Part shown: in pieces, positions 54,501 to 64,000 of the stretch
Numbering within the stretch: the stretch's first letter is position 1
How the letters are laid out: each line of letters starts with the position of its first letter
Source: Pelomyxa schiedti
Lineage: Eukaryota; Protista; Evosea
Direction: 5' to 3'
NCBI GenBank assembly: GCA_020536535.1
Contig: JAHLWZ010000452.1
Span: forward strand, 10,677-74,676
DNA: 64,000 nt
The notes under the pieces: generated by a model
Told to the model about the DNA's origin: nothing
The model's database searches: none
The model's input: only the letters and a program-made list of their open reading frames with translations
Translations under genes and position numbers: made by a program

Positions 54501-56793
54501 CTTTTGCCATCTCTAAAACTTTAGGTTCGTCTTCAGGGTGCTCTTGCAAATGCTCCACAGCTTTTTCCAAGTCTTTTATTTGCTCTAGGGCTTCAAGTGC
54601 CGCCTTATCGGCTTCTTTGGCTGCAATTTCGGCTCGGTGGGCTTTTTCTTTGACTTCTTCAGCTTGCGGTTTCTGTTCGACGGGAGCTTTTTCAGCAATC
54701 ATTGCCGCCTTCTCAGCCCTCTTATCAACTATATCCGCTCTTTCTTTGGCCTCCTCAGCCATTTTTTTTGCATCTTCTGCCAGATCTCCAACTGGAACAG
54801 TCTCGGGAGGTACATGGTCCATGAGATCCCTGACTAATTTCTTGGCTTTTTTGTGGGCATGTTCCGCCTTGTCTTTGGCTTTTTTAGCTTTCTGCTGGGC
54901 GGGAATTGCAGCAAGGTAGGCGGGTTTTACCAGTTCGGGGGTCTCACAGTCAATTGGTACTTGTTTGGCAACTTTGTTTGCTTTCTTTGCCTCTTTCAAA
55001 GCACTATCAGCATGCTGTTCTTCCCTGTCAGCTTTCTTTTCAATTTCTTCTTTCTTCTCGGGAGCCAGATCGGAGTCCGGTATTTTTGGAAGAACTTCCC
55101 TCGCCTTGTCACAATACTTCTTGGCCTCTTTGGCATGTTTGCCGGCTTTCTTGGCATCATGTTGAGCAAGTTTGGCGGCAGCAAGAGCTTTTGGTTTGAG
55201 GTCTTCTTCATCGGCATCACTTACACCATCAACTAGCGCCGCCGCGCATTGCTCTTCTGCCTGGTTGCCCATTTCGGCAGCTTTTCCTGCAGTTTTTGCC
55301 GCTTCACGACAAGCTTCAAGCTTCTCGTCCAGTACTGTGGGGTCAACTACATCATTGTCCAAAGCTTCAAGCAAATCATCCTCCACCTCAACGGCTTGCT
55401 TCAAAGCCAGGTCTGCATTTTTCTGTGCTTCGTAGGCTTGCTTCTTCTTGTCTCTCAAACCCTTCTTCTTGTCAGGGTCTGTTGTTATCTTATCTGCTAA
55501 CTTGCAATCCTCAACGGCGGCATCAGCACATGATACGGCCTCTCGAGCATCATCAACGGCTTTAGCGGCAATTTCCTTGGCAAGATCCGCAGGGTTGATT
55601 TTTGGGGAGGCTGGACGAGGTGAAGGAAGTTTACGTGGTGTTCTTGGTCTCCATACATGATCGGGGCTGTGGACAGTGAGATGAAGAGGAGGAAAGGACG
55701 AAGGCATACATTTTGGGATACTCAAGTGTTTCATTTTCTTTTGTCAAGTCTTTCTCTAAAGCCTTGATAGCTTCAGCAGCTGCCTAGTGAGATTGGTCAA
55801 CAAACCTGACATGAACTTCATATACATACATTCTTGGTCTCTGGCAGAGGAGCACTTTCTGGCAGGTCCTTTTTCAAGTTATCAAGAAGTCGGATCAGCC
55901 TACTCTCAGGAGAGCCCAATTTATCTAGACACTCCAACTGACCCTCCAACACTTTTTTAGCAGCTACTGCTTCTTCTTTATCTGGGCCATCCATAATTTT
56001 CAGGAATTCATCAATAGGCATAAAATCGTCTACTAAGTTTCTCAAAACGTCTTGAGCAAGACGCTTGACATCCGGATCGTTTGGAGCACAAATTGTCTCT
56101 AAAAGAGGAAGTAAGGATTTGTGTAAACCGTTGGGTCCGGTTTTCCCCAAGTCTTCCAGATGTTTGAGGGCGTCCATCTTTTAATCATGTTGGTAAATAT
56201 TAACAAGGTAGGAAACAATATACCATTTGAGGCTTTTCTGGAGATTTAACGAGGGCTTCGATGACCGGTGCGACCTCGGCCATACGTGATGGATCAGGCG
56301 GAAGAACACGTTCAAGATGGATGGAAACTACCATTTTGGTAATCTCCCAGGGGAGATCAGGGTTCCCTGGAACTTCTTTCACCTGCACACACCATCAACA
56401 AGAGAATTGAGTGGAAGGAGGATTTGCGGCAATAATAAGTACCCGTGAGTAGACGGGGATTTCACGGAGCCTGTTTTGTACAAGGGCGATGCTGTGTGTT
56501 TGTACATCAGGCCCCAATTGCATGTTATGGTTTAGCATCAAGCATAAGTTATTGTTTTCAGTGTTGATGACCCATGTGTATCGCTCTTAAAAAAAAAAGG
56601 ACACAAAAGTAAGACTCAATTCACCCCGAAAAACGCCACGCGAAACACAGCACGAGGGAGGGAAAAAAAAAAAAAAAAAAAAAACCGTACCGGGAGCGGC
56701 AAGTGGTTTTATGAGTGCTTTTGATTCGGCTTCTTTTTTTTGAAGCTCCGACCGTAAGTGAGCGATCTCCTGTTGCAATGCCTCCGCGTCCAT
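51541..56793 (-). CDS. Very large (~1600 aa) Ala/Lys/Glu/Asp-rich helical repeat protein of unknown function
   Basis: ORFs 53656-55734 and 51749-54043 joined by a GT-AG intron (~54123-54170); 5' exons from MDAEALQQEIAHLRSEL; 3' exons ending near 51541. Confidence 0.75.
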
Positions 56794-57119
56794 CTGCCTC
56801 TTTTTTTTATTTTTGTTTAGGTTTTTTTGACGACCGAAAAGTGCAGGGGTACGCCCTTTGTTCCTTTTTTTTTAGTTCCCGGAAAAACCGGGAATTTTGG
56901 TCATTGCCCAAACAACTGATAGGCGGGAAAAAAATTAAACAAAAAAAGTAAAGAGAAAAAGTGTTGATTCCAGGAAGGATTATCCTGATCATCATGCAGT
57001 GGACAAGTGTTAAATTAACACTGACAATGAGGTGTGGGTGAAATGACAAGGGACCATATGAACCATTAAACATACACGTGTGACAGTAGGGGAGGACAAA
57101 GTGGAGTGTTTTTGAGGCA

Positions 57120-60100
57120 TCAAGTATCTGCAGCCGGCTGAAAATTGAGGGTACCTTGGAGCATGTTAGCATTCAGGGAGAATAACCGGAGTAACTCACA
57201 TTGGCCTTTCTTGGGTGGGGAAAGCTTGAAAATGCGGAGGTCTTCAGATGTTCGGATATCAGTCGGCAATGTGTTCGGAGTGAACAAGAAAAACTGCCTG
57301 TTCTTGTGAAAACTAGTAGACTTGATCAATGTGTGAACGGCAATTTCGCGATTCACTGCATCCTATCAAGGAGTTTGGAAATGACAAAAGACTAAAGAAG
57401 GAGACCATGAAGACATCAAACTCGTCCATGGCACGCAAAGGGCACTCCATCGCTTCCCATAGAGCCAGGAGCAACGCTGTTGTACTGAATGCTCTTTCTC
57501 CACCCTTTTTTTTGGGACTCAGAAAGACATTACATAAAGTAGTTGTATACAGATAAACTCTTTGTATCGGTTACTGCTCTGCCAGTATTGAGAGAATTCA
57601 CTTGTGCCTTTGAGTATTGTTTGTTATTGGTTGCTTTTAGTTGTGGGTATTTACCACAATTGACAGAGTTGAAGCTCTGTGGTCAAATACCAGCCTTCCG
57701 GAATAACCCTTCTGTGACAAAAATGACGAAAAGAAGACACTTGTTCTGCGGGCAATGCTCCGCAGCATTTTGTCCCACTTCTTTTGTCTCTCAGCAAGTT
57801 GTTGCTTCACTTTGTCTGAGAGTGTCTGCAGGGTTGCACACATCCTTTCAGTTTCTTTCCATCGAGTATTTGCTTCAGTAAATTGTTTACGGGCTTCGTC
57901 AATATTTTTTCTCCTATGACGATGGTTATCTCAGAGGAAAAGGGATATTGCTTCTCACCCAGCTTTCTCCCGTTCTATGCTCTTAGCAAGGTTGCCAATT
58001 TCGGTGTTAAGTTGCCTTGGAGTTTTTTCAGGTGTTTGCTCCACTGGTGACAACTGGAAAGCTTGTGCCCGAGTGGTCTTCAGTAGACATTAAGACACCG
58101 CAAGTAATTATTGGGTAGAACCTCATATTCTTGCTGCGTTTTAGTGAGTGCATCTTCGGCAGCACTGACTTGCTGATTCATTACACCTTTTTCTTTCTCT
58201 ATGGTCAACAGGTTATTAGAAATCTTTTCAGCGGCCACCATTAACCGTTTGACAACCGTCTTTGAGGGGAGGGGGGAAAAGGTGAGAACGGGCTGACAAT
58301 TCAAGCAACAACCTCACACTCGGTATTCTTCTCACTCAACTGTGCAACTGCATATTGCAATTTGTTTTTTTCCAGTTCCAGAGGTTGTTGCTCAGGCACA
58401 GTTTGCTTATGTGATTGCTCGACTTGCGAAAGTTCGTTCTCTTTTTCTGTGATTTCCCTTGTAAGATTCTAGTTAACAAAAATTAGAGGCAAGGCAATTG
58501 ATTGCAATAATACGAGGTACCGCGACGTTCTCCTCCAGTTCACCAACGTCTGCTTGTTTTTCCTCTCGCACGCTCATGAGCTCTTTTATCTCTTCTTCAA
58601 GTGTGGCAATCTGTTGTACTAGTGGGTTTATCCTGGCTCTTCTTTGTCCAGCGGCAGCACTTAAATTCTTTATGTGCTCGGTTTGTTTTGCTTTCTCTGG
58701 AGCAATTTGAGCTTTCTGCTGCCTTAGTAATTGTAACTGCTCTTGACATTCCCTAATGTTTCAATAAGTACTAGTGCAAAGGGGGGTTCTATGTGCAACC
58801 TAATACGTTCATCAATGTTAATCCCAAAAATTTGGCGGTTCCGTTTTTTATTTGCAACATACGCGCGACTTCCATTCCTGTCACAGAGTGAACATGTTTT
58901 TTTTTTGTACTTTGGGTTTTTTACCTTAAAAACATACGAGAGCCAGATGGAAGATATCTGGAGGGGTTAATAGACTGAAAAAAGTAGAAGAAGCATACAT
59001 ATCCGTTATTGTGTTGTACTGGTCCAAAAAACGATCCGCAGAATCGCGGTCTTCACAAAGTACCATTGACTCAATCCTTTTTTGATCCACGAGTAGGTTC
59101 TTCACATTAGGATTCTATGTAATGAATTTTATTAAGGGATAAGAGAGGAGTATGACGAAACATTTGTTTGTATGGCATTGTTGATGGTAAGTAAAGAAGG
59201 AGGTGGAAGGTGGTCTGGTCTCATGGTATAGGGATAAGATTGATAGGTCTAAATCCGTTAGAAATATTTCCTACAAAAAAATTATACCTGTGTAAAAATA
59301 ACTGGACATGATCTTCAAAAAGAAGTTATTTGGTATCCAAAGAGCTAGAAGAATACATATTGTGATGCTGGAGGAGTTGTTTCAGAGCCAGGAAGTCAGC
59401 ACTGCTCCCTTGTGAGGGATTCAATATAAACAGTTTATAAAGACAAGAATTACCAACAACAAAGGCAGACAGGGCGTCTCCAATAGCCGCTTCTATTGCC
59501 GTGGCCCATTTATCATCAGTGAGTTGCATATGGTTGCCTTTTTTTACATATCAAAAAGGAAGGGAAAGGAGAGGAGAGTGAGGGACTTTGGGGGAATTTA
59601 CCAATTGGTCCAAGAACTTCATGCTGAAACATCTTTCTATTTGCAGCTATCAATTTAAGGATTTCAGGGACACGTTCACCAAAAACTCTGATTCGGTCAG
59701 ACTTCTGGTTTTCATAATTCTACAGAGGTGTTATTGGTTTCATGCCTCTCTACTTGGGTTTACCTTGATATTAGAGGCCGTTTTATTACATCTTGTATCT
59801 ATCTCGTGTTCACTTGTCGCAGTTGTATCTAATTGTCTTTTGGCTTCTTCTATTTCATGCTGAATCTGAGCCACTTCCGTTTCAATAGTTGCTTTCTTTT
59901 TTTTCAACTCCTCTATTTGGTCTTGCTTTTTAGTGATCAACCCCTGTCGGGCTTCTTTCTCTGAACTAGGGGGATGTCACAGGTCATGAAGTGGAAAGAA
60001 GACATGCCTGATATCTTGTGCAGAATGTTGCTTAACTTCCATTATGTGGTGTTCAACATTTTCTCTCCGTTTTCTCAAGTGTTCAATTCGTTTTTGAAGA

Positions 60101-61979
60101 TCACGAGCCTTACTCTTGGACTAATGAGACAGGCGTGTCGAAAACGACTTACAACATTAATAGCGGCACTTGCACGTTTCAGAGAGGCTAATTTTTGTTC
60201 ATTGTTTTGGAGTTCCTTTGTATCTAATGCAAGCTGCTTGGTGATCTCATTGAGTTCTTTGCTCTTTTCAGTAACGTCATCATTACACTTGTTTGCTTTC
60301 TCCTGAATTGAAGTAAAATATCAGGGAGAAAAAAAAGAAAAAGACTTGAAGTTTATTTGCATGCTCCTGCATCTTAACAATGCCTTCTTTGACAGCTTTT
60401 AAGTCACCTTCCGCTTTCAGTACAAGCTATAAAGGACTCAGTAGTAAAGAAACTCTTTGTAATGTACTTGTTTCTTTTCCACAACAAACGCCCAGGCAAG
60501 CTCGTTTTTCAGTTCCTTCAAGTGTGATTCTTGGTTTCTTGGAAAAAGTTACCCATAGCAATTTGTTGGAGAATCTCACTTGAGTTCTTTTAAGTATTCA
60601 TAATCTTTTTTAAGCTCCTCGACTTTAGTTCGCATCATTGGAAGCAGCTTAAAACTAATTAGTAGTGTTTGTGTTGCAAGGGAAGCAAACCTTTTTTTTT
60701 GTTGCTAACTTTGACTCAATTTCTGTGCTATGCTGTGCTATCTATTTCGCTTTAAGGAAATAACAAAGGGGATGGCAGCACACAGAATTGTAGTCCTCTT
60801 TTATTTTCTCTAATTGGGTTGCCATTAAAAAGAACTGTGAACATGATTTAAAATTTTTTGGCATGGAACGAATTTCAAATTACCTGATACAACTTTTTTG
60901 GATCAAAGTCTGTGAGAAATTGTCTTGCAGTATCTTGCATGAGAATGACACAAGGATTGCTGACTTGGATGCTAAAGTACTCAAGCACTTCAACAACTTC
61001 ATTGAGAGTTGATCCCACAATTCTCTTCCCTATTGGTATTTACTTAATCGAGTTAGAGAACAAAGTACAATACCAGATGCCTCTTTCAACTTGTATGTGG
61101 TAGGACCATCTATTGTCCACTTCCTTTCAATGAAGATTGATTTACCAAAGACATCAGGTTTAAAGGCTTCAGCCCCTCTGTTGCGAATTTTGACACGCAC
61201 TGTAGCAGAGCTTCAAAGAAAATAAGAAAAGGAAAAAAGTTTCCAAACGATACCTGGCACCAGACTTAATAAAGGTCTTAAGAGCAGTCCCTCTTTGGGA
61301 GAATGTTGCCTTGGCCCCAAGGCACAAGCTTATGGCAATTAGCAGAGCACTTTTCCCACCTGAGGGGAGTAACAACGCACAATACGATATTGTATGTTAC
61401 ACACTTCCATTGACTCCAACCACAAAGTTCACATGTGGTCCAAAAGCAAGCTCTAAACGCTCATGGCACATAAAATTCTCGAGTTCCAATTTCTCCAAAA
61501 TACCTTGGTATGAATCAACACACCACAGACATTTTTTTTTTAAAAATATGGTAAAAAAAAACAAAAAACAAAAAAAAAAACCAAACACAATCACATGCAA
61601 CAAACAGCGCACCACACTCAGCATGGCTGTTGCATCCAAGCACAGCACCGCCGACGCCGCCTCCCCCGACTTCGTTGTCGTTTTCCGCTGCGCCCCCGTC
61701 CTCCCCTCCTCCCCCTCCCCCTCCCCCTCCTCCTTCTGCCTCTGCCTCCGCCGCGCCCCCTGCCTCCCCCTCGCCCCTGTGCCCGCCGCCCCCGGGCTCC
61801 CTGGGTGGTCCCGCTCCCCCCTCCCCCTGGTGCTGCCTGCTTCCCCCCCGCCCCTGGTTTGGGTCGTACTCCTCCTCTGACGACGAGGACTCGGACTCAG
61901 AGCCCGAGGAGGACGAAGAAGACGAAGCCAGCACGCTGCCTCGAGTGCCTCCGCGACCTGTGCTCCTCCTGCCGCTCAT
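57120..61979 (-). CDS. SMC6: Structural maintenance of chromosomes protein 6
   Basis: [34 protein letters not shown]|GKSALL; [19 protein letters not shown]; [33 protein letters not shown]|DAVNR; QFFLFTP. Confidence 0.93.
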
Positions 61980-62118
61980 TTGATGGTGTTTGATGTTGGT
62001 GGTGTGGGCGGGAATCCTAAATTACGAATTTGATCGATCTGGTTGGTTTTTTTTCCCCTTTTATCAATTAGAAGAACTGAGTCGAACTAGCTACTAGTTG
62101 TATTTACTAAATTACTAA

Positions 62119-63533
62119 CTACATCTTGAAGATTTGTACAACAGAAGAAATGGTCTCCCTACAGAATGGGCACTTGGAAGTTTTGGACATGATAGCCTTG
62201 GCACATGAGCAACACAATCCCATATGACCACATGGGGCAAATGCACTAAATGAGTGTGAGGCAAAAAAGTGACAATGTGGGTGCTGCAAAAATAAGGAAT
62301 GGAGGGAGTAGCAAACCACCTGTTTACTGTTGCCAAGTAGCACACCACACATCTATCTGCACTGTGATGTCCCTGTGAGGCTCTGCCTCTGTTGGCTACA
62401 TGAAGTCTTCTGCTGTGGAATATCTTAATTGACTTCGAACTGCCAATGCTGCTTGTGAGGGAGACTGGGGTGGTGGAAGCCAAGGGGGGTGTCCCGGTAC
62501 AATCGGCGCTGAGATCACTGAATGAGTTACTATAACTCTGCTCGGCGGCTTGTGGGGCTGTGGATGGTCTATTGAGTTCATCACTGAGGATGCGAGCGTG
62601 GTTGTTGCTGTTGTTGGCGGTGGTATTATTGGGTGGTTCGAGGGCAGGTGGGGGTGGTAGTTGATTGGGGGATACGGTGTCATTCCGGGGTTGTGGGTGC
62701 ATGGCAATAGGTGATTCAGGGGAATTTGGTGTCGTGCTGGTATTGGCATTGTTGGATTCTGGCAGTCTATTGTCGGGAATACTGGAGGAATTTAAGTATT
62801 CTAGACTTGTTGAGATGTCTTACCTGTTTGCATTTTGAGGTAGTGGGTGTGAGGCGGTGTTTGTTGAACTTGGAATATCAAATATACTATCAGAATAACT
62901 GTTCCTGACTGGGTCAGCTTCTCCTTCGGTTTGGGAGTAATAAGCAATTTCTCCATAGTCTCCTGCTGTCGCTGCATTACTGAAATCTATGTAATCAATA
63001 GACTCCCCGAGTAGCATTCCCTCTTCTCTTCTCATATAAGCGAGCATTTCGCCAACCAAATCTTCCAGTTTAATGCCTGGCCTTTGGGATTGAGTATTCC
63101 ACTTCTGACTTATATAGTCTTGAACTCTCAAGTCAGGGAATCCCACTTCTCTCAAGTAGTTTCTAGCATCTACAAAGAAGAGAAAGATATGAGATTAAAT
63201 TGTTCCTGAAATTATACAACAAGTAGTGTGAAGAAATAACCTTCTTGACTCAAATTTGACTGCCCACAAAGAGTACAATCGGATCTCACTCGGTTATGAG
63301 GACACATTCTGAAATTTGGAGATTCTAAGCATAGGGAAAAAAAAAAAAAAAGGAAAAAGCAACCTTACAGTGCCTTCCTTGGTCGCGTCACTTCTAACAT
63401 GGAAGATTAATATTCCAAAAAAAAAGGGTGGGGGCAAAACTTATCAACACCTTACAGGTGACGACCTCGGGCTGCTTCTGCGACTCACAACGTGGCTGTC
63501 TGGTGTTGGGTATTTGTTCACCACACACCCCAT
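62119..63533 (-). CDS. RING-type (C3HC4) E3 ligase-like protein with an N-terminal MGC acylation motif
   Basis: CVVCYLATVN|SAFAPCGHMGLCCSCAKAIMSKTSKCPFCRETISSVVQIF; putative start MGCVVNK. Confidence 0.75.
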
Positions 63534-64000
63534 GGCGTGTGTGTCCCTCTAAATTAATTGGTGATTGGATGTTCGGTGCTGTCGAACGATTAGGTTTTAT
63601 TGCAATAAATCCTTTTGCGGAATGTACAATTCTTCCCGCATCAACCCCAAACTAATCGAGTCAGTAAACACCTGGTCTCTTTGACGATTCAAGAGTCGTC
63701 AAATGAAACAGTCACACAACGGACCCCCGCACCTATGACACTGTTTAAACGGTTTAAAACGCTTTCGGAATCGCATTCATAAGCGTTTCAAAACGGATTC
63801 AAACCAGGTTTAAACCCTTTTGGAATCCCCTTTGTTGGATACCAAGGAAACATTTTCCAAAGAATCAGCTGATTTGATTTTTCAAATAAAAGGCTAGTGC
63901 TCTTCGTTCACCAAATCGACATCATCGGCGATTCTCTTCGCATCGGCACATTGCTATCGCATAACCCTGCTTCTCCTGGCATGCTACGTTCGAGTACTTC

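Noticed and set aside
51763-55660. Numerous long antisense and alternate-frame ORFs over the repeat protein and GC-rich exons
   Set aside because: Shadow ORFs caused by biased codon composition; they carry no independent motifs.
63740-63825. Cluster of GTTTAAAC/TTCAAAAC-like short repeats as a CRISPR array or transposon end
   Set aside because: The repeats are short and irregular, with no constant repeat-spacer period and no cas or transposase gene; probably intergenic or promoter sequence.
63860-64000. Possible gene fragment at the right edge
   Set aside because: Too short, with no recognisable motif to support a call.

Overview
Gene-dense eukaryotic genomic scaffold with about 25 protein-coding genes, many short (mostly ~45-70 nt) GT-AG introns, very short intergenic spacers, GC-rich patches near gene starts and three 100-N scaffold gaps. 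The style suggests a protist, possibly an anaerobic amoebozoan such as Pelomyxa/Archamoebae, but that is inference only. Most genes are ordinary eukaryotic housekeeping or signalling genes: RUVBL2, RasGEF, twinfilin, SAM-RapGAP, TMEM181, UFD1, kinases, TMEM104, PP2C, a MIT protein, SETD9-like, SPIN90-like, SMC6 and a RING E3. The standout is 40002-41769 (+), a 9-exon spliced gene encoding a fused HgcA-HgcB protein, the bacterial/archaeal mercury-methylation module. It has the HgcA cap helix NVWCAAGK, a transmembrane region, two 4Fe-4S motifs including the HgcB signature CMECGAC, the GVGCA cysteine and C-terminal vicinal cysteines. The ORF track misses it because introns break it up. A second notable signal is a U12-type AT-AC intron that splits a kinase DFG motif next to a 7-nt microexon. 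All gene models were spliced by eye, so some termini and internal exon borders are approximate.
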